DNA from: Callorhinchus milii
Lineage: Eukaryota
Length of the DNA: 64,000 nt
Assembly (NCBI RefSeq): GCF_018977255.1
Contig: NW_024704742.1
Location: 45,200,001 to 45,264,000, forward strand
Reading direction: 5' to 3'
The translations under genes were made by a program, and so were the position numbers. Numbering within the stretch: the stretch's first letter is position 1; each line of letters opens with the position of its first letter. Shown piece after piece: positions 36,051 to 49,072 of the stretch. The notes under the pieces were generated by a model. That model was not told the origin of the DNA and searched no databases. It saw only the letters and a list, made by a program, of their open reading frames with translations.

Positions 36051-38242
36051 TGTGCAGATTTGTTGAAAATTCATCAATCAAATCTTAATTCAAAAGTGGT
36101 TTTCCACCATCCAGAAACAAAATGGGCTTCCAAATAAAGGCAGAATTTAAGAATTTTTCATAAATATGCACAAGCTCAAATTGTGTAATAAATGGTTTTA
36201 CAGCATAAGATTATGAGAAATTTTGGATCTTACGTTGTTTAGAATATGCAAAAATGTACAAAAGCAGAATACTTTAATGACAGACTTCAAAGCTGAACAG
36301 ATCACATCTGATTTTGAAAATGGGATGAAAATGCTAACATTTCACGACAGATTTGACATCATAAATATTACCTTGATTCGTTATCATAATTATTATAATT
36401 GTTAATGATCTCTGCAGGCCTATCACCTTGTGACCATGCAAAAGAGAGGCTGAAGCACAGAATCATTCAACCCAAGCAGTAACTTGCAAATCATTTGGAC
36501 GTTGCCTTCAAAAGTCATGCTTGCCGGCTAATCTCCATTATCCCGCGGATTGTGTCACGACAACATGCCAGCTCGTCAAAAATTTACACACACTTCATAA
36601 AGTCAAAAATGCTTTATTGCACGTCAGATCACAATACGTGATAATCTATAAAAGACACACTTCGGAAATTGACATTAATGAAGAGTACAGAATTGTTACT
36701 TGTACAAATACAGAACCTATTCATAGATTATGTGGAATTTGGGTGCATAAATATCACATAAGGTATGTATCAGAATTTCTTCCTCTATTAGAAGGGCAGT
36801 GAACTTGAAAGATTGTTGCAAAGGTGATAATATATTGTTAGCTAAATAAAAGTAGAGTAATACCGTTACTGCCACTTAGATAAATCATTAACAAAATGTT
36901 GTCAATTATACATATGTTACACAAATACACAGATATATAGGATATACATGCACAAAAAAACAAACAATTAAAAAAGCCTTACGACAATCATTTTAGTGTC
37001 ACCATCAGTCACGGACTAGCACCAGGAATGTACTGATAATCTGCAGCGTGCCTTCAAAGGTGAAGTTTATTTGTCTTTGTGAACAATTGAGGGTGATATT
37101 TTAGGTGCTGCGATCTTTCCACCCGAGTCCAAGTATTTTTCAAGTCGTTGAACCATGAAGCATGTTGTAACTCAAATTGAAGAGATGGTAGAGATGAGCA
37201 GAGGGCCAATTGAGAGCATTTATTTTCTTGGCCAGCTTTGGCTTGTAACAGGCACTTAACAAAGGGGGGTAAAGATTGTTTCTGCAGACTTCTGCCAAGC
37301 AAGCTGTAATGTTTGCCATTGTTTTCTCCATGCTGTTTGGAGAACCTGCCTGCTTCTCAACAGCAACAACACAAACTTGCATTTATATAGTATCACTCAC
37401 GCAGTGTAATGTTGCAGAATGGGTCTCCCCTGCATCTACAACAGAACCTTGCTAGTTTAAGGTTTGAGGGGGATTGTTGAAAATGTCCGTGATTCCTTCT
37501 CTGTTGGGGAAAGAGCTGATGTTTTGAGCATTAGAAAATGGCACAGTAGTAGTTGGGGTTGGGAGAGGGAAGGACACAGTTCCAATCACCAGGGGTCTGG
37601 CAGGCAATTTGGGGAGTACTGACTCAGCAAAGGTGTTGTGAGGTCACTGAGATAAGTTGGCATCCACAGAAATGTCATGTTTTTTATCCATCAGGTGTTG
37701 GGGCACATTCAATATGGACAGCACATGGCAGAGTATGGTGTGGCGATTGGTATCATCGTGTAATTATTACCAGCCAAGTGACTGGTCACATCTTGAAGGA
37801 AATTCCCAACCTGTTCAAGAGAATCACATATCCTTTCTACTGATTCTAGTAGGAAGACCACTAGATCTCAAAAAAATGGGATTCAAGAGGTTTGCTCTTC
37901 TGGCATTCTGAAAGGCTGTTTTTTCCTCAAACATAGTATCTGCTTTTGGAAGCAGAAAGGTCGATGATATCTGAATACAGCCATTATTTAGAGTGACTTC
38001 TTTCGGAAGTTCGGAGAGTGACATCATTCCCATCCCTTCACCCTACAATATCTAACAGACAACCCACAGCCTGTGTATGTTTTATATTTTAAGAGAAGTT
38101 TTCAACAGGAAATGTACTGGTACTTCCAACTTCTCTCTCACTGCCCGCAATGAATGGGGTAGACAGTCTCTCAATGCTAACCGCAGATGATGATCAGATA
38201 GAGAGCTATATACTTCACTGCAATGAACTAACCGTTGATAAT

Positions 38243-38355
38243 AAATAATAATAATCCTTGCATTTGATATAGAGCTTATCATGTCTTCGAGATGTCTCAA
38301 AGCGCTTCACAGGATATACTGTAAATATAATTGACTGTATATTTTGTGGGAGAAA
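38243..38355 (-). mobile_element. SINE tail fragment
   Basis: (AAT)nCCTTGCATTTGATATAG...CAAAGCGCTTCACAG. Confidence 0.85.
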
Positions 38356-38486
38356 TATTCAAGAGACAGATAGTTAAAACCGTAGGCTGAAATAGCTGAA
38401 AATAAAGTTTCACTTAAAGGAACATGCACCCCACCCTCCCTGTTGTTGAATCCATTATCTTGATTTCTTCTATGGTAAATGGGTAT

Positions 38487-38945
38487 CAGCCTGCATCAGT
38501 GGAGCACTCTCACCTCTGAGTCAGAAGGATGTGAGTTAAGGCCCCTTGTAGGTACTTGGGATCATATAGTCTAAGCGGACACTCCATTGCAGTGCTGGGA
38601 TGTGTTGCATTATCGGAGGTGGTGTCCTTTGGATGCAACATAAAAAATGAGTTCCCATCTGCCTATTCAGGTGGACATTAAAGATCCCATAGCACTATTT
38701 GAGTTGGGAAACTATTTGAAAGGAGAAGGAAGTTTCCCCGATGTCCTGGCCAACAAATTCCCCCAAATAAAATTGGTTACTCACTCTATTGTTATTTTGT
38801 GGGACACTGCTGTGTGCAAACTGGCTGGCACATTTCATGCACAAAATACAGTCAATCCACTTTACAGTATATTCTGTGGAGCACTTTGAAACGTCTCAGC
38901 AATGGATGCGGAGCTTTATCAAATGCAAGGATTATTATTATTATT
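38487..38945 (+). mobile_element. Full-length Deu-domain SINE
   Basis: tRNA-like head (AGCACTCTCACCTCTGAGTCAGAAGG), CAGGTGGACATTAAAGATCCCATAGCAC core, L2-like tail with (ATT)n. Confidence 0.87.
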
Positions 38946-41299
38946 AAACCTCAGAAGAAGTTTCTCATTTTCCTTTTAAGTGTTCTTCTGCTCAATTACT
39001 TTTAAGCATTGACTACAACACATTGAGACAGCCTAGCTGACTCCTTTGCTGTTCCTTTCTACCTCCACTTAGTCAATTTTGTTCACTTTATCTTGGCTGG
39101 CAGAGGCACCATAAGAGTTGAAATTGGACTCAAAACAGTAAGAGATGGCAGTGAAAATGTTAACGACAGCAGAATCATACACGTTCAATATTTTGGCAAC
39201 AACAATTCAACAATGGAGAGGACATTTAAAGCATTTTAATAGGAAAAATTGATCTCAAGATCTCGTAAGATCCGGGTCAGACCGATATTACTGCAGCTGT
39301 CAATATCAGGTCAGGACTATAGTGAGTGAACGGGTCAATGGAAGTGCACTGTTTTTTTTAGCAGACAACACAGAGCTGCCATTGTAATGAGGTAATTAAG
39401 TAACATTTAGTTAGGAGAGCTTTAACAGCTGTGAATGTGACTTTTTGATGATATGAATATCAGTGCTTCATTAGAGGTGCTGAATGATGGATATCTGAGA
39501 GACTTGAAGCCCCGGACATTTGAAGGCTATAATAGGATCATTGGAGGCTTGTAAAATGTTCATTAGTTATACATGTAAAGTAAACATGCAGGCTACGATG
39601 GTACCTTTCTTTATGTACAAATAATATGTGTGTAATGCAAAAACAGACATTGCAAGACCTGAGATAACATTGTAAAGAATAATGATAAAATCCGTTGCGT
39701 GAAGGAGTTTTATCGCAAGTATCTTATTCCTGGAAAAAGGCTTATTAACAAATGTTAATCTCAAAGCATGTGAGAGAGAGCACTGTGCCAGACTTGTGAA
39801 TCGTGTCTGTCTTCTGCTTCCACCTGCCTCAAAGGGATAAAAAGATGCCTTTTTATCACAGAATGTCAATGCAGCCTTTATATCTTGCAACAGTGCTTTT
39901 CAGTTTATCACACTTTGGCCACCAAGTGTGCCTCCTTAATTTTCATTTGCACTGCATATAAGGGTGTTGCATATAAACCAACATGTACTATAAATCAGCT
40001 TTATCCTTGGAATACATTCTAACGGACACTCAATTAATAAAGCTTTTCTGCACAAAGATGTTTATGTAGCAGAGATGGGACTCTTCAAATACTGTTTAAT
40101 GATGTTTCAGTGTGCAATTTGAAACATGCCCATTACCATTAAAACAGTCCATTTTGAAACAAAAACTGCTTCTACAAAACCTTCTCAGAATATCTGCATC
40201 AGCCCTCTCTTATCTTTTGAAAACTTATTAAGGATGTGACAAAGTAAGGAGTCTTTGAGGGAAATGAAATTTACAGGGAGAACATGATGTCTGAGCCTTC
40301 AAATACTATACACCTAACCTCTGGAACTTCATGTCACAGTTCCTCCATGTTGCCCCGACCCTTTCTGTCCTTAAAGTGCACCTCATTATCTCCCATCCCC
40401 TTTCTCCCTTGCTCATCATCTGACCCTGCCACTGTGAAATACCCTGCCACCTGCGTGAAAGGCACTATACAAATGTAAGGTTTTAATGTTAGTCAAAACT
40501 GTTAGGAATAGAAAAATAATGGAGCCTAATATGCAATATTTGGAAAAGGATTTGTAAATGGTGTATTCAGAATGGATGCTGATCTTGTGCCAGCTGGTAG
40601 GAATCCCCTTGGCTGCAATCTGGAAGTTCGACTGAGATTGGCGCCTGAGTGGAGCTCCAGAGAGTCACATCTGGATCCAAGCTGTATTCTCTATTTATAA
40701 ATCCTTTTGAGAATATCACAAATTAGGCACCACAGTTATTGAACATTTTTTCTCAGTAGAAAGAAATCCTTTTGTTCCTCCTGTATTAGACTGCTCTAGT
40801 GACAAAAAGTACAAGGAGGAGATGGAGCATCTCTATTGGTGTAAAGGGAGTGGGCACCTTGTATCAGCTTGATAATAAATCTTTATTAGATTTGTAACCT
40901 GCTTATCAACAACTGATCTGTAGCTCAGGTAAGCTTGTATCTTACATGCTTTCACTGTCAAAGCATGTTATAGAGTGGACACTAGGGAGAGAAAGAGGCA
41001 GATCAAGGTGATACCTGTGTGAGAAAGAAGTTGGCAGCATTACACTTGACCCAATCATGCTTTTAGATCAGGAAAACTACAAGATTTAATGAACTTTTAT
41101 ATTCTAGTGGAATAATCAATCTCAATGTAATATTGCAAAAAAATCACAGAAATATGTTTTTTTGTAAAGTTTTATGTTGGTAATTTGTTGCGGGAATATT
41201 CCTGATTTGTTTTCTTTTTAACATTCTGCTACTTTTTACATTCTAGTTCCATCCTCAAGGTTGATTCAGAAGTGATGGATTAGCCTGTGTCAGGTGTAG

Positions 41300-41600
41300 T
41301 GGTGGAGATACCTGTTTAGTGGCACTGAGTGTCACACAATTCATCATCTTCATAACCAGTGACTGATTGCTTCCTTTCTGTAGGTGCTTGAATCTTCTTG
41401 GGAAAGGTTTTGCAAGTGACATTGAGGGTATTGTTAGAATTGACGTTGTGGTGAGCTGTGGCTGACCAAGCATAATGACGGAGCAATATGTTCGGATACA
41501 CGCACAACTCGTTGGTTCAAGACTGGACTGCAGTTGCTCAAGGCTGCTTCATACACAAGAGTTGAGATTACATGGATCTTGAGAACGCCACTAAATTATT
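41300..41600 (-). mobile_element. Possible very old LINE RT remnant
   Basis: Across frames: KIHVIST...LNQRVVRVSEH...HHNVNSNNTLNVTCKTFPKKIQA, which resembles the post-RT LGVxxDxxLxWxxHIxxxCKKxSKKxxxL region. Weak. Confidence 0.35.
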
Positions 41601-42003
41601 GAGAAACTTGTAAAACTTTTCTTTTGGAAGCTAAGTGCTGTTCTTAACTGAAGCAGGAATGTCAGAATAGACACTGAATCTTTCAGTCGTATAAATGGAG
41701 GCGAGGTGATCCTTTTGCAAAAGTCACAAGATAACTTGCCTACCTATTTTGGGAAGTGACAATAAAATCTGTGTTCTGCAGACAGACCTCATCTCAATCA
41801 GCAAAGGTAGACGTGGTGCCGGTGACTGTCAGTAATTTCAGAAAAAAAATTCCTTGAATTGCTTTTTATTTTTCCCTCCAATATGAAATATTAATTTTCA
41901 CTTAACCAATGATTTTTCTGGGGCATGGTACCTGGGAGAATAAAATGACACAGACAAAGGCAATACAAAAAAGAGCAGTTAGCTGGCAAATTAGGATTGC
42001 CTA

Positions 42004-42380
42004 TTATTATTAATAATAACAATCCTTGAATTTGCCTTTCATATCGGGAGATTGTCTCAAAGTGCTTCACAGTGGAGTGACTATGTATTTGCAATGTCCC
42101 ATAAACATCCATGAAATGGATGATCAATTTTATTTTGGGGGATGTTGTCTAGGACACCAGGAGAAACTCCCTTCACTTTTCAAACGTGGCATGGGATTTT
42201 AAATGCCCACCTGAAGAGGTCTCGTTTTTACATCTCATCTAAAGGAAGGCACCTCGAATAATACAACACCTCCCTGCATTGGGGTGTCAGCTTAGACGCT
42301 GTGATTCCAAGTCCCGATATGGGACTTGAAGCCTCAACCTTATGACTCAGAAGTAAGAGTGCTACCACTGGACCAGGCTG
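42004..42380 (-). mobile_element. Deu-domain SINE
   Basis: GGACACCAGGAGAAACTCCC...CATGGGATTTTAAATGCCCACCTGA...GACTCAGAAGTAAGAGTGCTACCACTG. Confidence 0.82.
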
Positions 42381-42522
42381 ATAGTAGCATAGGAAATTTG
42401 TTCTGGAGCTTTTGCATAACTTTTACAAGCGCCAACTATACCCTATTTATCCTCTCATATGAGGAGCAGAGTTCTGGACTAATTCCTCTTTGCAAAGGGT
42501 CCTCCAACTGAGATAGGATGTT

Positions 42523-42735
42523 AACAATAACAATTTAGGTTTATATATTCCCCGTCACATGGGCAGCTTCTTGGAATGCTTAACATTGGTGTTGTTTGAT
42601 GCTGAATCAAAAGGGAGAGAAGATGACCAAAGGCAAGGACAAAGACGAAGGTCTTCAATATGATTTGAAGAGAGGCAAAGAGGGGGCAAAACAGAGGGAT
42701 TGAGGCAAGGAGTTCCAGCAATTCGAAGCATAGTA
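42523..42735 (-). mobile_element. L2 3' fragment, degenerate
   Basis: (AAC)n tail, then GACCAAAGGCAAGGACAAAGACGAAGGTCTT...GAGTTCCAG. Confidence 0.65.
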
Positions 42736-42972
42736 AACTAAGCCATAGAAAAAATACAAAATATTGGGGTATTATTGTATTATATTATTAAAATGTTGCA
42801 GCAGTTGGTAAGATCTCAATAGAAATATAGAGATATAGAGACGAAAATGATGAATCTATAAATATTGAGATCTGACCTAAACATTAACAATTATTTTGGT
42901 CCCATTACACTCACAAACATTGTAAAGAATTGACAGACAACTATCTTTCTCCTTTGCTCTATAGGATGGACA

Positions 42973-43745
42973 ACAACCACAAAATTACATTTGTATAGCT
43001 CTTTTCATGTTGGGAGAACATACCAAGGCGTGGACTGTCAAGGTTTGGGAGTTGAGCTGGGTTTTGGGATCAGTGTGGAGGGCAGGGAAGGTAAGGGTAG
43101 AAGGGAGACCAAATGTATGCTCAAAGTAGAGAGTCTTGAAATGAGCCTTCAAGAAGGCAAGGGATAGGGTTAGGCGAAGGGACTGTGGGATTGAATTCCA
43201 AAGGGGCAGAAAGTTTGACGGCCTGACTGCCGATAGTGGACCAAGCCAGAAACCACCAAGCAGAGTGAGTAGACAGACCAGTATAGAGTCAGCAGATCAC
43301 AGAGGTAGGGACAAGCAAGGTTGTGGAGGGCTTTGAAAGCTAAGATGAGGACTTTGTACTCTATCCTCTGGAAATGGGGAGCTAGTGAGTGGAACCAGGC
43401 GAGGATGGGTGTGGTGGATTCACAGAGCTTGCTGTGGGAGAGGACACGACCTGCAGAGTTTTGAATAATGTGCAGTTTGTGGAGGGAAGAGTTTCGCCCA
43501 CAAACATATGGTCAATTCACTTTACAGCATATTCTGTGAAGCGCTTTGAGTCGTTGAGAAGATGTGAAAAGTGCTATATCAAATGCAAGGATTATTATTA
43601 TTATTATTGGGTTGACCAACAAACAGAGAGTAAGCATAATTGAGCCTGGATGTGGATCTCAGCAGCCTGAGGAGAAAGTCAATGGTGGAGCTGGGCAATG
43701 TTTTGAAGGTGGGGAAAGCCAGAATGGGTCATGGTATAGATGTGG
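42973..43745 (-). mobile_element. L2 3' fragment interrupted by a + strand SINE tail (43491-43608)
   Basis: CAAAATTACATTTGTATAGC tail and GGAGGGCTTTGAAAG...CTCTATCCTCTG; a SINE tail is inserted and L2 resumes after 43608. Confidence 0.82.
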
Positions 43746-43949
43746 GGTAGAAGTACAAACAGTTCAGAAACTGAAAAACAAACTTTTTTTCTTGTTCGGT
43801 CTTCTGGGATTTTCTGTCATCTTCTGAAAGAAGAAGAATCCTAGAAAGGATGCAATGCTCAACTGAAACTACTTCATGCCTTGGCTCCTCCATACCTCTC
43901 CAACCTGCTTGTGTCCCCTCCACCATCTGCTGCATCCACTCAGCTGCCT

Positions 43950-44770
43950 CCAGGAAGGTGACCAAAGGCACGGTTGAAAAGAAAGGTCTTCAGCCGAGAG
44001 CTGAAAATAAGAAGAGAGGGGGTGCGGCGAAAGGAGTGAGGAAGCGAGTTCCAGAGCCTCGGGACATAGTGGCTCCAGGATCCGTCACTGTGAAGCACTC
44101 TGAGACGCCATCCAAAATCCTTGGCTAGTTGCAAAGCTTCCCGCTTTAGAGTCTTGTAGCTCAGTGGTTAGAGCACACGCTTTGCAGGTGAGAAACCTGG
44201 GTGGAGCGGAGGATTCGGGGGACAAGGAGGAGGTCAGACCCGGTGGAGCGAAGGCAACGGGCACTGTTTTGAGGAGAGAGGAGGTCAGAGAGGTAAGGGG
44301 GTGCAGAGGAGTGGAGGGATTTGAAGACAAGGGTGAGGATCTTGAAGTCGATCCTCTCTGGGATAGGCAGCCAGTGCAGTTTGGCAAGGACAGGGATTAT
44401 TGAGGAGCGGAGTTTGGTGTGGTTAAGAATGTGGGCTGCAGAGTTTTGGATGACCTGGATTTTATGAATGGTAGTTGAGGGGAGAACGGTGAGGAGGGCG
44501 TTGGAGTAGTCCAGCCAAGAGGTGACCTAGGCATGGACCAGGGTTTCAGCGGCTTTTGGAGTGAGATATTGGTGAAGACGGGCAATGCATCGGAGGTGGA
44601 AGAAAGCTTTGCTGGTGCAGGTCCGGATTTGGGGGAGGAAGGATAATTGGGGGTCAAACCTGACGTCTAGGTTGTGTACGGGTTCAGAGAGTTTTATGGG
44701 GAGGTCGGGTAGGTGGAGGAGGTGAGAACCATGTGATTTTAGATGTTGACGAGAGCCAAAGAGTATTTCA
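43950..44770 (-). mobile_element. L2 3' region with an embedded SINE head
   Basis: ORFs PRLWNSLPHSFR...LKTFLF and EILFGSRQHL...VHNLDVRFDPQLSF...AAETLVHA. Confidence 0.88.
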
Positions 44771-44927
44771 TCCCCTGTTATGCCTTTCATGAAAGTACAT
44801 TGACAGTTTTTAGAAGCGAGTTTTGTGCAAAAGGGTACAAAGAAAGAGGAGATAATTGATAGAAAATATTTCCAGTGGAGGATGCAGTACCGGAATAAGT
44901 CTTGACTTGCCCACTTTCCTTCTATGC

Positions 44928-45019
44928 TACACTTTACAGTGTGTTCTGTGAAGCGCTTTGGGACGTCCTCCCGACGTGAAAAGCGCTATATCAAATGCAA
45001 GGATTATTATTATTATTAT
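44928..45019 (+). mobile_element. Young SINE tail
   Basis: CACTTTACAGTGTGTTCTGTGAAGCGCTTTGGGACGTCCTCCCGACGTGAAAAGCGCTATATCAAATGCAAGG(ATT)n with CpGs intact. Confidence 0.9.
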
Positions 45020-45581
45020 AATTTCTATGATTCTACAAGTCAGCTTTTGTCCTGCATCATTTTGTATTCACTGGAGAAGTTGTAAATAACATAAAAGGTG
45101 ACGAGATACAAAAGCAAGTTTCAGTATAATCCCTGAGTGCTAAATCCTAACAAATGGTTTGGTGACGTAAGGGACCAGTGCAGAATTTAGATTCTGACTT
45201 TGTGAGATTTGTTGAGAGAATCATTCAGGTACTGTGAAATTGATTGAATAACAGGCTGACTGATCTGCTCTGAAGCTATATTGGTTGTCCAATCAAAAAT
45301 GTTGCTGTTGAGATATTACAATAACATTCAATTCATTATATGCTTTAGTACAGCATGAATCAGTAGATAAAAATATATTGTTGGAAATCTGGTTTTCATT
45401 CCCTTTTGTAGATAAGCACAACTGGGCTGAAAATCCAGACAGTGTTTGGTGTAATACTTTGGCAATGTTGGCCATGAATACAATTTTCATTGTGCATCAT
45501 CAAAGATGCTATGACTTATTCTGACTAAAATTACCGCCCATACATTTGCTGAATTCCTTTTGGATGTACAAATTAGTTGAT

Positions 45582-46191
45582 TTTTTTTTATTTTTGGTCA
45601 GCTGGGTGTCTGACACATGCGGAAACCCATCACTATGTTTAAGAGTATTCAACCCAAACTGAGATTGCCATACATCCCACCTACACATTGAAAACCCAGA
45701 GATAGATTGTTGGAATGGAATGCGCACTCTCTCCCTGGAGGGACACATCCTGTTTACCTAATTCCGGAAAGTATTTAGCACAGGTTGGCAAGAACCAAGG
45801 CTTGAGGACCCCAGAGTGTGCATTGGGGTACTGCTGGAGGCTAACCAGCTAAAACCGCACAGCTTGCCATTGATATTCTGTCTTTCTATCTGGCAAGCTG
45901 TCCCACTGCTTGTCCAGCTAGGACCACACTACCCGTTAGGGCTTTGGCTTGTAAGGTTAACAGGAGCTGAGTGGGATGACTCCCTGTCCCCAGTAACAGG
46001 TCTGCCCTTCCAGCTCCTGCCAATGAGCCAGACTGACTGTGCTGTCATCAGCAGTGCCCTGGAATACTGCAGACCTGTCTGGCTCAGGAACCAGACTACC
46101 AACACCACCATGGAGACCTGGCTTAATTCCGACATTCCACAGCCAGGCATGTCACCTTGGAGCCAGTTCGGCACCCAAGAAGACCCCACTT
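45582..46191 (-). mobile_element. A-tailed retroposon family X, copy 4 (longest, ~610 bp)
   Basis: T-run, then GGTCAGCTGGGTGTCTGACACATGCGG; flanked by ATTAGTTGAT (45572-45581) and ATTACTTGAT (46192-46201). Confidence 0.87.
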
Positions 46192-49072
46192 ATTACTTGA
46201 TATAAACAATCAAAATAGATAAGAAAGGAAATTTCTTCAGATGGAGGTTTGAAAACCTGAGCTCCTATACTACCAGGGTTAGTAAGCTTTTGAAGAGGTA
46301 ATATTTTGCCTTTGTCTGATCTTGTCATTTAGTTTTAACAGTTTATGAATTTATGGACACTAAACAAAAGTGGTAATTGTCAGGCACAAAAGTCATCTCA
46401 AATCACCTTTCAAATATCTAATACTTTTATTATCTTGATTTTGCATTTGATCCCTGGTTTATCTACAGTAATTTAGCATTTAGCTCTTTTTTGCAGCAAT
46501 AGGAAGAACACAGTTAACTGAATAGACACTATCTGTTGGCAGTTGTTGAAACCAACTATCCAGCTTGAAGTGAGTGTTTTAACTTTTACTGATTGACAAG
46601 TTAACCAGATGACAGAGGTTGACCTTGTGACTATTTTAGATAGCCATGACATGGTAGATGCTGAGGCACAAATGATAAAATGTTTTCAACTATGCATTTA
46701 CATTTTTATCAAAATTGTAAAGAATATTCTGTTACTGAGTTATGGTAAGGATTAAATGAAACATTTGGATTTCTTTTATCATAGCAATTTTGGAAAAAGT
46801 GAAAATTCACAAAACAAATTTATTTGAAAAGGTTCAGAAAGCAGAAAAGTAATTATTTAACTGTATTCTTTGCTCTCTTCCTGCAAAAATAATGAGAGTA
46901 TAAACTTTATGCTTTTTTACTGCAGCTGTAGTTTTAGTCTAGTTTGCTCTATTTGCAAGTATTTTTTCTCTCATATCCACATGCTACTAATTCCTAATCA
47001 GTATATGCTGACTGTTTCAATCACTTCCCATGAGGACAATCACCGGTATTGTCTTTCCTTTCAGCAGCAAAAGAAAAATCGATTAAGATTAACTATTCCT
47101 CTTTTATCTCCATTCTTTTGCTGAAAACAAATGTGTTCATGAGTCCCTGATTATGACTGGTCACAAGGGATGTATTTGCTCTCTGTTGGATAGGATTTAG
47201 CAATGATGCCTGGGGAAGCTTCACACCACCTCAGAATGTTGGAGTTGTTTTAACACATTGTAAAGATGCATAGAATTGGTAAAGAACATCTGCTATGGTA
47301 TCTTGGGAAGAACAGGAAATTCTAATTTAACGTCTCTATGGCATTATCCTCTGAATTGCTTAATTCGTAATGATCTCATATTCACTGGTTTGTATTATAT
47401 CCTGAATTATGTACTTTTAACTCAAAGATTACTTCTTACTTGATGCTGTGTAGACCATGTGACTTCTTTCCAAATGAAATTTGCAAATCCTTGTTCAGAT
47501 TTGCTATGAAAGGTGAAAACATCGGTTGTAATTTTTATTTATCTTCTTCATATCAGAAACTACCAAGAACATATCATGAACAAGAGATACTACCACAATG
47601 TACAGTTCAGAAATGAATATAAGATCATGACACGGAAATCAAACTCAAGAGGCCATGTAATCCTACATGTACCCCAATCACATCTTTGTGATGAGAGTTT
47701 ATAATAGACACATCCTGATCTGTGTGTTGTGTTCTCACATAAAATTGAGATCTGTGAAATACAACCAGTCAGGGAGAGTAAAACATTACAATGTTGAATT
47801 GGTATCTTGATATCGTTGATATCATTGTAGCTGGACAAGAACACTGTAGAAATGTTGCTGAGATTTATCTTCTTGTAATTTTGCCTTTATTTATTCACCT
47901 TCCTCAGGAGATTTAAAGGACCTAATACATTTTATACAAAACTGATTTTATTCTGCTGACAGTGGAAAAACATTGTTGGGAAAGGATAAGGAAGTCAAAG
48001 AAATTGAAAGAAAGACAAGAGTAATTGATGGATAGTAAAGCCAAATAAACAAGTCAGCAGGCAAAGGAAAATTCAGGTCTGTAAACAAGACAGTGATGTT
48101 TTTATCAGGTAGAGGAGGGTAAAGGACACTCTCTGAAATAGACAAAAACACATTATTTTTTCACACCAAAGATAAAATCAAGTGATGAGCCAAAAATGTT
48201 CAAGAAGTTCTAAACAGATCTGAACAACAAGAAGGGCTAAGGATCCCCAAAAAGGTACAACATGAAACTTATGTGCTTGTGATAGCCTCCCGACATGAAA
48301 GACACGGTATAGATGTAAATTGCATTGTAAATTGCATTGTAACACAGAACTTAATGTAAGAATGGGGCAATTTGAAAATGAAGATTTCAATTAAGGTATA
48401 AAGAAGCTGTAAAATGGAAAGACATTAAGAAATGAAAAATAATGTGGACTGAGGATACCTGATAAGAAAAGAAGGATCACAGCAGTTTGAAGAGATTATT
48501 TGAAAGAGTTTGGACCAATAGCAAGCTGCTATTGAATTAATTTGGAATGCAAAATAATATATTTGCATTATTAAAGTATACTTTAAATAACAATGATTAA
48601 ATCAGTTGCATAATTAATGCAGATTTACTTTCCAAATTAAATTTGTTTTTTGACAAAACACTTCTCATTTCTAATAAATCTCTTGTTGATGTATTGTTAT
48701 AAAAATCATATTTTCTCCTTTGTTTCAGTTACTTGTCTTTTTCTCCTCCAGAATATGCATACATATCTGGCAGCATGGAGCCATGTCCCCAGTCTCTGCC
48801 AATGCTTCTCTATAGCTTGTTGCCAGGAGCGATGAGGTTGTCTGATACTTTGATTTACTTCCTCTCTGACTCATTGAAAACACATTGGCACAATTTGGTG
48901 GATTTTATATGCCATGGTCTTGCACATTATTGCATTAAATTCATTCATTCTGCCATTGCTAATTCTTCAGCTACAATTCCAGCATATTATTTATAACAAA
49001 AATGTGTAGCTAACAATAAAAATTGCCATTTGGCCATTGCACTAGTAATTATTAACCCTTGGACTGCTCATA

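Noticed and set aside
47540..47710. Plus-strand exon or ORF 47513-47704
   Set aside because: SRGHVILHVP resembles a decayed LINE ORF2 C-terminus, and there is no convincing donor.
48720..48840. Plus-strand exon after a pyrimidine tract (...CTCCTCCAG)
   Set aside because: The donor is weak (GAG|gttgtc) and the peptide is unrecognisable.
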